From Candidatus Moraniibacteriota bacterium (GTDB lineage Bacteria; Patescibacteriota; Minisyncoccia; Moranbacterales; UBA2206): a stretch of 64,000 nucleotides of DNA. Below, one piece after another: positions 20,016-30,331 of the stretch. The position numbers and the translations under genes are program-made. The number at the start of each line of letters is the position of its first letter. Within the stretch, counting starts at the first letter, position 1. Where the stretch lies: assembly GCA_030679995.1 (NCBI GenBank), contig JAUXSK010000015.1:3607-67606 (forward strand), given 5' to 3'. Under the pieces are notes generated by a model, which was not told the DNA's origin, ran no database searches, and saw nothing but the letters and a program-made list of their open reading frames with translations.

Positions 20016-20067
20016 TAATCATTTTCTGATTCTAATCCGATTACGCATATATAAATAAGATAACGAT

Positions 20068-22443
20068 ATGAAATATAGCTACAACTGGCTAAAAGAGCTA
20101 AGCGGCACGAAATTATCTCCGGAAAAACTGCGGGGGCTTTTGACGTTGCGGTCTTTCGAGGTGGAGGGTTTGGAAGAAATTGGACAGGAGTTGGAAGGAG
20201 TGGTTATTGGAAAAATTTTGGAAATCACCAAGCACCCGAACGCGGACAAGTTGCAATTGACTAAAGTGGACGTGGGGAAAACCGTTTTGGATATCGTGTG
20301 CGGGGCGAAAAATATCGCAGTCGGACAGAAAGTCCCGGTGGCGACGGTCGGCACGAAAATGCCGAGCGGCTTGGAAATCAAGGCGGCGGAAATCCGCGGC
20401 GAGAAATCTTCCGGAATGCTGTGCGCCAAAGACGAGCTAGGGCTCGGCGAAGACCATGCGGGGATTTTCATTTTGGATAAGGACGCGAAGATCGGTATGG
20501 GATTGGCAAAATTTTTGAAATTGGATGACGTGATTTTCAATATCGATATCTTGCCGAACCGGGCGCATGATTGTCTTGGTTATGTCGGCGTAGCGTATGA
20601 AATCACCGCTATAGAAAATAGGGAATTCGATTATGATTATAGCGGCTTGGAATTGCCGAAAGTGAAATCTAAAAAATTAAAGGTCGAAGTGGCCGATAAG
20701 GAATTGTGCTCACGGTATGTCGGGGCGGTAATGGAAAATGTCGAAGTGAAGGAATCTCCGTTTTGGATCCAATCCAGGCTTGCGGCTTCCGGCATACGTC
20801 CGATTAACAATATCGTGGATGCGACGAATTTAGTGATGTTGGAGCTAGGCCAACCGTTACATGCTTTTGACGCGGCCAGGGTCATAGGCGGCAGGATTGT
20901 CGTGCGGCGCGCCAAGAAGGGCGAGCAGATTGCGATGCTGGACGGAACTGGAAAAATATTGAGTCAGGAAAACTTAGTGATCGCGGATACGGAAAAACCT
21001 TTGGCGGTGGCAGGCGTGATGGGCGGACTTGATTCGGGCATCGATCCAAGAACGAAAACCATCATTTTGGAAAGCGCCAACTTCAACGCGGTCTCCGTCC
21101 GCAAGACCCGCGTGGGGCTCGGTTTGAAAACGGACGCTTCGGACCGTTTTGAAAAAGATATCGATCCGAACTTGGCGGAAAAAGCTATGGTGCGGGTGAT
21201 TGAAATCATCGAACATATCGCCGGCGGAAAACTGGAGGGTATCGTGGATATTTATCCCAAAAAGGTGAAGCCATGGAAAATAAAATTGGATTTGGAGTAT
21301 GCGAATAAACTTTTGGGAGAAAATATCCCGTTTAAAAAATCAGTACTGATTTTGAAATCCCTTGGAATGGATATTTCAGGCAAAGACGGGGAGTTGGTCG
21401 TCGAAGTACCGACATTCCGCGTCGATATCAAAACCCAGGAGGATTTGATTGAAGAAATCGGGCGGATTTTCGGATATGAAAATATAAAATCCCAGCCGAT
21501 GGTCACGCCGCTTGTGTCGGCCAAGGTGAACAAAGAAAGGTTTTTTGAAAGGAATGTTAAAAATATCCTGGCGGGCCTCAGATTCGATGAGGTGTATAAC
21601 TATTCTTTCTATGGCCAAAAAGACGCCAATGACTGCGCCTTGGGAGAGATAAAGCATCTGGAGTTGGCTAATCCCATGAATCCCGGTCAGCAGTTGATGC
21701 GCGTCAGTCTCATCCCCAACATTTTAAAAAATGTCCGGGATAATCTCAGGAATTTCAAGAGTTTCAATATTTTTGAAAGCGGGCGGGTCTATTGGCCGAA
21801 CGGGGGAATCCTGCCAGAGGAAAGGAAAATAATCGCGATGGCAGTCATACTGGAACAGGATAAATCCGCGGAAACTTTTTTCGCGGCTAAAAGCGCGGCC
21901 AGTGACTTGTCGGGCAAACTCGGCATTAAGGATGTTTATTTCGATAATTTCGATGCGGCACCTTCTGATTCGCTGCTTGGTTTGTGGCATCCGGGCAGGA
22001 GCGCGGAAATCAAAGTCGAAGGTATGGATGGAAAAATCGGATATATCGGAGAGATCAATCCGCTCATCCTAACGCTGTTCAAAATCAATCGGCGCGTGGC
22101 GATGGTCGAGTTGGATTTGGAAAAATTGATGGAAGCTGCCGATGTCGAAGTGGAATTCGAAGCTATCCGGAAATATCCGACGGTTTTGCGCGATATTTCT
22201 ATTTTGGCCGGGCGCGAAATCATGGTTGACGGAATAATGAAAAATATAAAAAAATCCGGCGCCGGCCTGGTCGTCGATGTCTCACTGTTTGATATATTCC
22301 GGAAGGAAGAAAAAAACAGTTTCGCCTTCCATATCGAATTGGGTGCGGTCGACCGCACATTGGAAAGCGCGGAAATCGACGCGGTGATGGCGGAGATAAT
22401 CACCGGCTTGGAAAAAGAGCTGGGTGCGGAAATCAGGAAATAA
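20068..22443 (+). CDS. pheT: phenylalanine--tRNA ligase beta subunit
   Basis: 791 aa; N-terminal tRNA-binding (OB) domain, B3/B4, B5 and class-II-like C-terminal domains in canonical order. Confidence 0.9.
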   Translation: MKYSYNWLKELSGTKLSPEKLRGLLTLRSFEVEGLEEIGQELEGVVIGKILEITKHPNADKLQLTKVDVGKTVLDIVCGAKNIAVGQKVPVATVGTKMPSGLEIKAAEIRGEKSSGMLCAKDELGLGEDHAGIFILDKDAKIGMGLAKFLKLDDVIFNIDILPNRAHDCLGYVGVAYEITAIENREFDYDYSGLELPKVKSKKLKVEVADKELCSRYVGAVMENVEVKESPFWIQSRLAASGIRPINNIVDATNLVMLELGQPLHAFDAARVIGGRIVVRRAKKGEQIAMLDGTGKILSQENLVIADTEKPLAVAGVMGGLDSGIDPRTKTIILESANFNAVSVRKTRVGLGLKTDASDRFEKDIDPNLAEKAMVRVIEIIEHIAGGKLEGIVDIYPKKVKPWKIKLDLEYANKLLGENIPFKKSVLILKSLGMDISGKDGELVVEVPTFRVDIKTQEDLIEEIGRIFGYENIKSQPMVTPLVSAKVNKERFFERNVKNILAGLRFDEVYNYSFYGQKDANDCALGEIKHLELANPMNPGQQLMRVSLIPNILKNVRDNLRNFKSFNIFESGRVYWPNGGILPEERKIIAMAVILEQDKSAETFFAAKSAASDLSGKLGIKDVYFDNFDAAPSDSLLGLWHPGRSAEIKVEGMDGKIGYIGEINPLILTLFKINRRVAMVELDLEKLMEAADVEVEFEAIRKYPTVLRDISILAGREIMVDGIMKNIKKSGAGLVVDVSLFDIFRKEEKNSFAFHIELGAVDRTLESAEIDAVMAEIITGLEKELGAEIRK

Positions 22444-22464
22444 ATTCAAATTAAAAATGTAGCA

Positions 22465-25035
22465 TTGGCTATGCGGGAAATTTCCAAACAATTTGATTTT
22501 AAGCGACGGGAAAAGGAAATCTATGGACTCTGGGAAGAGAGCGGTTTTTTCAATCCGGACAATATCAAATCGGCCAAGCGATATTGCAATATCCTGCCAC
22601 CGCCCAACGCGAACGGCGAATTACATATCGGGCATGCCAGCGGCTATACGGTGATGGACATTTTCGGGCGCTTCGAACGGATGAATGGAAAGAAAGTTTT
22701 GCTTTTGCCCGGCAAGGATCACGCGGGCATCCAGACCCAGGTGGTTTTCGAGCGCAAATTAAAAGAAGAACGCAACATAACCCGGCAGATGCTGGGGCGG
22801 GAAAAGTTTTATCAGGAATGTTACGGTTTTTGTATCAGCCGTTCCGATTATATGCGCTCCCAAGAAAAAAGGATCGGCATCAGCGCCGATTGGTCGCGGG
22901 AAAAATTCACTTTGGATCCGGACGGGCTGAAAACCGCGCTGGAAACTTTCGTGAAAATGTACAAAGACGGTTTAGTATATAAGGGCCATCGGATTATCAA
23001 CTGGTGTTCGCGTTGCGGCACCGCCCTGAGCGATGTCGAGGTGGAACACAAGGAGCGGGAAGGTAAATTGTATTGTATCAAATATCCGGTCAAGGATTCG
23101 AAAGAATTTGTCGTGGTAGCGACTACGCGTCCGGAAACGATGCTGGGTGACACGGCGGTCGCGGTCAATCCGAAAGACAAGAGATATCTGGGTTTCATCG
23201 GACAGACTTTAATATTGCCGTTACAGAACAGGGAAATTCCGGTAATCGCCGACAGGCGGATCGATATGGAATTCGGGACGGGTGCGGTGAAAATCACGCC
23301 GGCGCATGATCCACTGGATTGGCAGATCGGCAAGGACCATAAATTGCCTGAAATCTTGGTGATCGATGAAAAAGCGGAAATCACTTTGGAAGGCGGGAGA
23401 TATGCCGGCTTGGGTGTTTCGGAAGCTCGCGTGAAAATCATCGCGGATCTGGCCGAACAGGGATTATTGGAAAAAGAAGAAGCTTTAGTGAATAATGTTT
23501 CAGTCTGTGAACGATGCAAAACGGTAATCGAACCGCTGGTTTCAAAACAATGGTTTGTGAAGGTCGATGGTGAAAAATATTCTCTCAAAAAGAAAACATT
23601 AGAGCTGATAAAATCCGGCAAAGTGGAGGTTTATCCGGAAAATTTCAAAAAAATTCTCATCCAATGGCTGGGCAATCTGCAAGACTGGTGCATTTCGCGC
23701 CAAATCTGGTGGGGTCCGCAATTCCCGGTGTGGTATCGCGGTGAAGAAACTTATGTCGGATTGGAAGCGCCTAAAGGGAATGATTGGATCCAGGATGAGA
23801 ACACTTTCGACACCTGGTTTTCTTCCGGCCAATGGCCGTATACGACGCTTGGCTATCCGAAAGGTAAGGATTATAAGAATTTCTATCCGACCGATACGAT
23901 GATAACGGGACGCGATTTGCTGTTTTTCTGGGCGGCGCGGATGCTGATGCTGGGCCGATACCGCACCGGCAAAACCCCTTTCAGGAATTTATATTTCACC
24001 GGTTTGGTCCGCGATAAGGAAGGGCATAAATTTTCCAAATCCCGTGGCAATGGTATCGATCCTTTGGAAATCATCGAAAAATTCGGAGCGGACGCTTTGC
24101 GTCTGAGCTTGGTGATGGATATCGCGCCGGGGCAAGATTCGCGATTGTTTGAAGAGAAGATTGAAAGCTTCCGGAATTTCGTGACCAAATTATGGAATAT
24201 TTTCCGCTATTGCGAACAATCGGATGCGGAGTTCGCCTTGGTGGAAAAAATCAGCAAGCGCGATTTGAAGACTTTGGCGGACAAATGGATCGTTTCCCAG
24301 CTTGAAGGCGTGGTGAAAAAAGTCAGCGAGCATATGAAAGATAAGAATATCTCTTTGGCGCAGGACGCGTTGCGGAAATTCACTTGGGACAGTTTCGCGG
24401 ATTGGTATTTGGAGATAAACAAATTGGAAAAGAATTCCAAAGTCTTGGGATATGTCCTGGATAGGATTTTAAAATTGTGGCATCCGTTCACGCCGTTCGT
24501 GACTGAAGAAATATACGGCATATTAAATTCTGACGGCAATGTCTTGATGATGGCTAAGTGGCCGAAAAGCGAAAAGAAATTCATCGATGCCAAAGCGCAG
24601 GCTGATTTTTCCGACCTGCAGGACCTGGTCGCGAAAATCAGGAATATACGGGCGAACTATCACATTGATCCGACGGAACTTTTGGATGGATATGCCAATG
24701 CGGATATTGGAAAAGAGATTGTCGGCAAGCTGGCGCGGGTCAGGATCGGAGCCGGGGAAGGTAAGAAAAATATGGTCCAGGTTTCGACCAGGCTGAGGAC
24801 TTTGCGTTTGGATATCGCGAAGTCGATCGATGTGGAGAGGGAAATTGCCTTAATCCGCAAGGAAATCGTGAATTTGGAAAATTTGATTGCGAAAAACGAA
24901 GGGATGTTGAAGAATAAGAAATTTATAATAGGGGCTCCGGCAGGAATAATCCTGTCCGCGAAAAACAGACTTGAGGAATATAGGGAGAAGATCAAGATTC
25001 AAAAAGAACTTGAGAAAAATCTGAGCCGTCTATAA
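22465..25035 (+). CDS. valS: valine--tRNA ligase
   Basis: 856 aa; PPPNANGELHIGHA (HIGH), DHAGIQTQ, KFSKSRGN (KMSKS), C-terminal coiled-coil typical of ValRS. Confidence 0.85.
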   Translation: MAMREISKQFDFKRREKEIYGLWEESGFFNPDNIKSAKRYCNILPPPNANGELHIGHASGYTVMDIFGRFERMNGKKVLLLPGKDHAGIQTQVVFERKLKEERNITRQMLGREKFYQECYGFCISRSDYMRSQEKRIGISADWSREKFTLDPDGLKTALETFVKMYKDGLVYKGHRIINWCSRCGTALSDVEVEHKEREGKLYCIKYPVKDSKEFVVVATTRPETMLGDTAVAVNPKDKRYLGFIGQTLILPLQNREIPVIADRRIDMEFGTGAVKITPAHDPLDWQIGKDHKLPEILVIDEKAEITLEGGRYAGLGVSEARVKIIADLAEQGLLEKEEALVNNVSVCERCKTVIEPLVSKQWFVKVDGEKYSLKKKTLELIKSGKVEVYPENFKKILIQWLGNLQDWCISRQIWWGPQFPVWYRGEETYVGLEAPKGNDWIQDENTFDTWFSSGQWPYTTLGYPKGKDYKNFYPTDTMITGRDLLFFWAARMLMLGRYRTGKTPFRNLYFTGLVRDKEGHKFSKSRGNGIDPLEIIEKFGADALRLSLVMDIAPGQDSRLFEEKIESFRNFVTKLWNIFRYCEQSDAEFALVEKISKRDLKTLADKWIVSQLEGVVKKVSEHMKDKNISLAQDALRKFTWDSFADWYLEINKLEKNSKVLGYVLDRILKLWHPFTPFVTEEIYGILNSDGNVLMMAKWPKSEKKFIDAKAQADFSDLQDLVAKIRNIRANYHIDPTELLDGYANADIGKEIVGKLARVRIGAGEGKKNMVQVSTRLRTLRLDIAKSIDVEREIALIRKEIVNLENLIAKNEGMLKNKKFIIGAPAGIILSAKNRLEEYREKIKIQKELEKNLSRL

Positions 25036-25071
25036 AAATGGCTTATTTAAACCATATATTTGTTTTTATGT

Positions 25072-25100
25072 TTGACAAAACCTAAAAAATAAACTATTAT
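25072..25100 (+). promoter_or_regulatory. sigma70-like promoter upstream of rnpB
   Basis: TTGACA (25072-25077), 17-nt spacer, TATTAT (25095-25100). Confidence 0.5.
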
Positions 25101-25128
25101 AAAAAGTGTTTTTATACAATTGAGTCCG

Positions 25129-25556
25129 AAATTTATCAAAGCAAACCGGGCAATTACCCTTGGCCGCTTCGGCGGCCGGGGGAGGAAAGTCCGGACATCT
25201 AGCCGTGCATGGCGCGAAAATTCCAAGTCCGATTGGGATTTGGAAATTCCGCGCTGTGTGCGGCATCGGCAGCGGGTAACACCCGTCTAGGGCGACCTAC
25301 GAGGTGCGAGCAGAGACGCTGTAATCCGAAAGGATTATGGATCCCAGAAATGGGATAATCTTCGAAATAAGTCCAAGGCTTGCCTTGGACAAAGTCGGAG
25401 GGTGAAACGGCTAAATCCTTGCCTGGATGCAAGGCCGTGTCCAGTATTCCCCTAGGAAATATTGGAAGTGCTGCGCGAGCCGAACGGTGACGTTCGGCCC
25501 AGATAAATTATTGTCCAAGACAGAATCCGGCTTATAGGTTTGCTTTGATAAATTTT
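25129..25556 (+). ncRNA. rnpB: RNase P RNA (bacterial type A)
   Basis: conserved GGGAGGAAAGTCCGGAC (P4 5' strand region), AGGGTGAAACGGC, ACAGAATCCGGCTTA; terminal P1 helix aaatttatcaaagcaaacc / ggtttgctttgataaatttt; not in the ORF track. Confidence 0.85.
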
Positions 25557-25657
25557 GGGTTTAAAACATATGAAAGCGCCAGTTCGAATGCGGTTTCGTA
25601 GATTCGTATTTAATTCGTAGTTTCCTGCCTACCGGCAGGCAGGCGAATCGGTATATT

Positions 25658-27073
25658 ATGAAGAGATCTGAATTGTTTTTCAGCGCCATCCAGGTCCCGG
25701 TTGATTTCAGTATGATTATCCTGGCCGGTTTTTCGGCTTTTATGGTGCGGGATGTGCCGCAAATCGTAGCGTTGCAGCCGAAGCTCTATAAATTCCCCCT
25801 TAACAACTATTTGGAGATCCTTTTTATGGTGGCGCCCATATTTATCCTGATTTATGCTTTGGAAGGGTTGTATGATATCCGCGTGACCAGGAAATTTTGG
25901 AAAGAAATTATAAAAGTTTTTACGGCGACTTCCATCGGTTTGGTCATAATAATCGTCGCCATATTCTTGAAGCGCGAATGGTTTTCTTCCAGATTCATAA
26001 TTCTGGCAGCTTGGATGCTGGCAGTTTTTTATGTCACGTTGGCACGTTATGTCTTGCATCTGTTCCAGCGGTGGCTATTGAAAAACAAGGGTATTGGCGT
26101 CCACCGGGTCTTGCTTATCGGCCGGAACGGCAAGATGGATACGATGGCGAAATTGATCAAGCAGAATAAAGATTTGGGTTATCGGATTGTCGATCAGATC
26201 GACACGGCCCATTTGAAAGTGATCAAGGCCGTCAAACAGGAAAGAGGAATTGATGAAATTATCTTGTGCGAGCCGTCCGTGACTGACGATGAGCAGGAAA
26301 AATTGATCGACTATTGCGCTTTGAACAATATAACCTATAAATACATCCCGACTACTTTGCAAACTTCAAAATACGAAGTTGGGGTTTTGAACGGCGAGCC
26401 TTTGATTGAAGTCAAACATACTCCGTTGGACGGCTGGGGCAGGATTTTGAAAAGGATTTTCGATATCGTGGCCGCCGTACTGGGCATAGTCCTGACCTCT
26501 CCGATTATGTTGATAACGGCGCTGGCTATCCGCTTGGATAGTCGGGGGCCGTTAATTTATAAGAACGAACGGGTGGGTAATGACGGAAAAAAATTCTTCG
26601 TATATAAATTCCGATATTTCAAAAATGAATTCTGTATTTCCAGGGATAATCCGAATCTCAACGACGCGCTCGAATATGAAAAGAAATTAATTGAAACGCA
26701 AAGCGTCCGCAAAGGTCCGTTGTACAAAATCAAAGCCGATCCGAGAAAGACGCGAGTCGGGGCTTTTATCGAGAAGTATTCGATTGACGAGCTGCCCCAA
26801 TTTTTCAACGTGCTTTTCGGATCGATGAGTTTGGTCGGGCCGCGTCCGCACCAGGAAAGGGAAGTGGAAAAATATATGGATTACCATCGCCGGCTCCTGA
26901 CGATCAAGCCTGGCGTGACCGGCATGGCGCAAGTTTCCGGAAGGTCGGACCTTGATTTTGAACATGAATATAAGCTGGACCTATATTATATTGAGAATTG
27001 GTCGCTTTGGCTGGACATCCAGATATGTCTCAAGACGGTCGGGGTCTTGTTCCGTAAGAGAAGGAATTTGTAA
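25658..27073 (+). CDS. polyprenyl-phosphate sugar phosphotransferase (WbaP/bacterial sugar transferase family), initiating glycosyltransferase
   Basis: 471 aa; N-terminal multi-TM plus C-terminal catalytic domain ...DELPQFFNVLFGSMSLVGPRP... Confidence 0.85.
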   Translation: MKRSELFFSAIQVPVDFSMIILAGFSAFMVRDVPQIVALQPKLYKFPLNNYLEILFMVAPIFILIYALEGLYDIRVTRKFWKEIIKVFTATSIGLVIIIVAIFLKREWFSSRFIILAAWMLAVFYVTLARYVLHLFQRWLLKNKGIGVHRVLLIGRNGKMDTMAKLIKQNKDLGYRIVDQIDTAHLKVIKAVKQERGIDEIILCEPSVTDDEQEKLIDYCALNNITYKYIPTTLQTSKYEVGVLNGEPLIEVKHTPLDGWGRILKRIFDIVAAVLGIVLTSPIMLITALAIRLDSRGPLIYKNERVGNDGKKFFVYKFRYFKNEFCISRDNPNLNDALEYEKKLIETQSVRKGPLYKIKADPRKTRVGAFIEKYSIDELPQFFNVLFGSMSLVGPRPHQEREVEKYMDYHRRLLTIKPGVTGMAQVSGRSDLDFEHEYKLDLYYIENWSLWLDIQICLKTVGVLFRKRRNL

Positions 27074-27182
27074 TACGATTCCACGAGCCGCTCGGAAAAG
27101 CGTTTTTTTTGTCCAAAAAGCCGAAAGGAGGTATAATAAGCGCAAGGAAAAACTTGGCATAATAATTGTTAAATAACAGTTT

Positions 27183-27359
27183 ATGCAAAAATTAAAAGAC
27201 AAAAACATACGCAAGCTCATCCGGATGGGCCGCGTCGGCTCGAGTCTCGGCCTGACTTTGCCCAAAGAAATAGTTACAGGGTTAGGCTGGCGGGGAAAAC
27301 AGAAAGTGGCGGTCAAAAAATTCCGTGGCGGGGTTTTGATTAAAGATTGGAAAAAATAA
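27183..27359 (+). CDS. small AbrB/MazE (SpoVT-AbrB swapped-hairpin)-like DNA-binding protein, 58 aa
   Basis: ORF below the track size cut-off; MQKLKDKNIRKLIRMGRVGSSLGLTLPKEIVTGLGWRGKQKVAVKKF... fits the G-S-S-x-x-(V/L)-T-(I/L)-P-K-E pattern of AbrB/MazE-type proteins; stop overlaps the next gene. Confidence 0.35.
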   Translation: MQKLKDKNIRKLIRMGRVGSSLGLTLPKEIVTGLGWRGKQKVAVKKFRGGVLIKDWKK

Positions 27360-27949
27360 TCGGATACTGGAAAGTTATGTTAAGTGAGGCTGCGGGGTAT
27401 TTATCGGGAATAGCGATCGCGTCGTCTTTCGTGCCGTATATACGGGATGTTTTTTCAGGCAAGACGAAACCGGAAAGGATTTCCTGGTTGATTTGGGCGA
27501 TACTCGGCTTGATCGCGTTTTCTTCCCAAGCGGCCAGTGGGGCGTCATATTCTTTGGTTATGACAGGCGTCCAGTTTTTCGGGGATATGGCTGTTTTTAT
27601 TTTGGCGATCAGATATGGCTTCGGCGGTTTTTTAAGAAGGGACTTCTGGGCCCTAATGGGCGCCAGCGCCAGTTTGTTTTTATGGTATCTGACCGATGAG
27701 CCGGCTTTCGCGCTTTTTTTGGTCATTTTTATCGACGCTATCGGCGTTGTCCTGACGATTATTAAGACATATGAAAACCCGGAAACGGAAACTATAAGTA
27801 CGTGGGTTTTTACTTCCGCCGCCGGTTTTTTGGGTTGTCTAGCTGTCGGAAGTCTAGATTTTATCTTGTTGGCTTTCCCTCTTTATATTTGTTTGGCTGG
27901 CCTGGCTATCCTTGCTGCCATAAGATTGGGATTTCGAAGTCAAACTTGA
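27347..27949 (+). CDS. integral membrane protein with two PQ-loop/SemiSWEET-like triple-helix repeats (putative small-solute/sugar transporter)
   Basis: 200 aa, about 6 TM; ...ASSFVPYIRDVFSGKTKPERISWLIWAILGL... resembles the SemiSWEET/PQ-loop motif region (from memory); the second half repeats the pattern (...TYENPETETISTWVFTSAAGFLG...). Confidence 0.45.
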   Translation: MEKIIGYWKVMLSEAAGYLSGIAIASSFVPYIRDVFSGKTKPERISWLIWAILGLIAFSSQAASGASYSLVMTGVQFFGDMAVFILAIRYGFGGFLRRDFWALMGASASLFLWYLTDEPAFALFLVIFIDAIGVVLTIIKTYENPETETISTWVFTSAAGFLGCLAVGSLDFILLAFPLYICLAGLAILAAIRLGFRSQT

Positions 27950-28040
27950 GGATATGTCGCGAGTCCGGTTTGTTGAAAAGGGGATTGGCGGAGACTGATA
28001 ATGGTGGTATAATATCACCGTAATAGATCCGATTATAATT

Positions 28041-29276
28041 ATGCCGGAAAAAATAATCCAAAAACCGCTGGCTGACAGGATGCGTCCGGAAAACCTGGAG
28101 GAATTCGTCGGGCAGGAAAATATCGTCGGCACGGGGAAAATTCTGCGCAAAATCATCGAGAGCGACCAAATCCCTTCGATGATCTTTTGGGGTCCGCCCG
28201 GTAGCGGCAAGACGACATTGGGGCAGATAATCGCCAAAATGACCGACGCGGACTTCGTGAAATTGAGCGCGGTTTCCAGCGGGGTGAAGGAAATCAGAAG
28301 CGTCATTGAGAAAGCAGATGCGGAAACCAAGCTGAAAAACAAAAAAACCATCCTTTTTCTGGATGAGATCCATCGTTTCAATAAGGCCCAGCAAGACCGG
28401 CTGTTGCCGTATGTGGAAGACGGCACCTTGATCTTGATCGGGGCGACTACGGAAAATCCGAGCTTCGAAGTCAATCACGCGCTTTTGTCGCGGACCCGGG
28501 TTTTCGTTTTGGAGCCTTTGGCGGCGAAGGATGTGAAAAAATTGGCCGGGCGGGCGCTGGCGGATAAAGAAAGAGGCTTGGGAAAAATGGATATAGTAAT
28601 CGCGGAAAAAGATTTGGATTTTCTGGCCGGACTTTCCAATGGCGACGCGCGTACGGCGCTCAACGTTTTGGAGTTGGCGGCGGCGATCGGGAAAAAAACG
28701 GACGGCGGGAAAATAATAATCGGGAAGGATGAAATCAAAGAGGCCTTGCAAAAAACCAGCCTACTTTATGACCGGGCCGGGGAACAGCACTATAATATAA
28801 TTTCGGCTTTGCATAAAAGTATGCGTGGCGGCGACGCGGACGCCGCCTTGTATTGGTTGGCGCGGATGCTGGAGGGCGGGGAGGACCCGCTCTATGTAGC
28901 CAGAAGGATCATCCGTTTCGCTTCCGAAGACATCGGCATCGCCAATTCATTCGCGTTGGAGCAGGCCGTCAGTGCTTATCATTCTTGCCATTATATCGGG
29001 ATGCCGGAGTGCGGAGTCAACTTGGCTCAAGCGGTAGCATATATGGCCAAGTCGAAAAAAAGCAACGCCTTGTATGTCGCTTATGAAAAAGCCAAACAAG
29101 ACGCGAAGAATTTTCCCGCCGAACCGGTGCCGATCCATTTGCGCAACGCGCCGACAAAACTGATGAAAGACTTGGATTATGGCAAAGACTATAAATACAC
29201 GCCGGACTATGGGAATCCCGAAGATGCCAGACAAGACTATCTGCCAGATAAATTAAAAGGACGGAAATATTTGTAA
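28041..29276 (+). CDS. rarA: replication-associated recombination protein A (AAA+ ATPase)
   Basis: 411 aa; Walker A WGPPGSGKTTL, Walker B LFLDEIHRFN, MgsA C-terminal domains. Confidence 0.9.
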   Translation: MPEKIIQKPLADRMRPENLEEFVGQENIVGTGKILRKIIESDQIPSMIFWGPPGSGKTTLGQIIAKMTDADFVKLSAVSSGVKEIRSVIEKADAETKLKNKKTILFLDEIHRFNKAQQDRLLPYVEDGTLILIGATTENPSFEVNHALLSRTRVFVLEPLAAKDVKKLAGRALADKERGLGKMDIVIAEKDLDFLAGLSNGDARTALNVLELAAAIGKKTDGGKIIIGKDEIKEALQKTSLLYDRAGEQHYNIISALHKSMRGGDADAALYWLARMLEGGEDPLYVARRIIRFASEDIGIANSFALEQAVSAYHSCHYIGMPECGVNLAQAVAYMAKSKKSNALYVAYEKAKQDAKNFPAEPVPIHLRNAPTKLMKDLDYGKDYKYTPDYGNPEDARQDYLPDKLKGRKYL

Positions 29277-29392
29277 TACAGCAAGATTTCAACATTTTTT
29301 TATATGGCAAAAGCGGGCGTATTGGATCGGTTTTTGATGCTTTGGCTTGGATATGGTAATATTGGAGTACTAAGACTTTTCGCTATAGGATT

Positions 29393-30310
29393 ATGAACTG
29401 GTTTCTTATCGCCCTCATCGGTCCGGTATTGTACGCTATTTCCAACCACGTCGATAAATATCTGATTGAGAAATATTTCAAAGGCGGCGAATCTGGCGCG
29501 CTCATCCTTTTTTCGTCTTTGTTTTCGGTCGTGACCCTGCCGATAATTTATTTCATCGATCCGGGAGTTTTTTCCTTGGATTTAACGACGATCGCGGTGC
29601 TGGTTTTGAACGGGATGCTGACCGTGGTTTGTATCATTTTGTATTTTAAAGCCTTGCAAGATGATGAGGCTTCGATCGTTATCCCATACTACCAGACTAT
29701 CCCGATTTTCGGTTTCATCCTGGGTTATTTTTTTCTGGGAGAGACTTTGACGCTCGCCCAAATAATTTCCTGCGGATTGATAATCGCCGGCACGATTATC
29801 CTATCCCTGAATTTCATCGGTGGTAAGCTCAAGTTCAAAAAAAGAGTGGCTGCACTGATGCTTTTGGCCTCCTTGCTCTATGCGATCGGCGGAGTGGTTT
29901 TCAAGATAATCGCGGTGGAGGATGGCTTTTGGACTTCGATTTTCTGGGACTTTTTCGGAAGCGTGCTGTTGGGCGTGATTTTGTATTTTTCAATTTCATC
30001 CTATCGCAAGCAATTTTTACAGGTCCTTCGAATGAACAGCTGGAGCGTGATGTCGCTGAACGCGTTTAATGAGATAATTTTCGTCGTAGCTGATGGGGTT
30101 TTCGCTTATGCGACCTTGCTGGCACCGATCGCACTGGTGATGACGGTCAATGGTTTCCAGCCGGCTTTCGTTTTTTTGTTGGGCATCGTGCTGACCCTAT
30201 TTTTCCCGAAACTGGGCAGGGAGTCGATGACGGCCACCGGATTGGCGCACAAAATCTTGGCTATCGGCCTAATTGTCGAGGGTGCGATTTTCCTCAGTAT
30301 GAATTTTTGA
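29393..30310 (+). CDS. EamA/DMT-superfamily transporter
   Basis: 305 aa, 10 predicted TM in two EamA-like halves. Confidence 0.7.
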   Translation: MNWFLIALIGPVLYAISNHVDKYLIEKYFKGGESGALILFSSLFSVVTLPIIYFIDPGVFSLDLTTIAVLVLNGMLTVVCIILYFKALQDDEASIVIPYYQTIPIFGFILGYFFLGETLTLAQIISCGLIIAGTIILSLNFIGGKLKFKKRVAALMLLASLLYAIGGVVFKIIAVEDGFWTSIFWDFFGSVLLGVILYFSISSYRKQFLQVLRMNSWSVMSLNAFNEIIFVVADGVFAYATLLAPIALVMTVNGFQPAFVFLLGIVLTLFFPKLGRESMTATGLAHKILAIGLIVEGAIFLSMNF

Positions 30311-30331
30311 TAATCAAATTAAAATATCCTT

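Noticed and set aside
25557-25657. Direct repeats ttcgtag/ttcgta and hairpin cctgcc-tacc-ggcagg downstream of rnpB
   Set aside because: Short, with no T-run (not a clear terminator) and no similarity to other loci in the window. Likely an incidental 3' trailer or leader structure.
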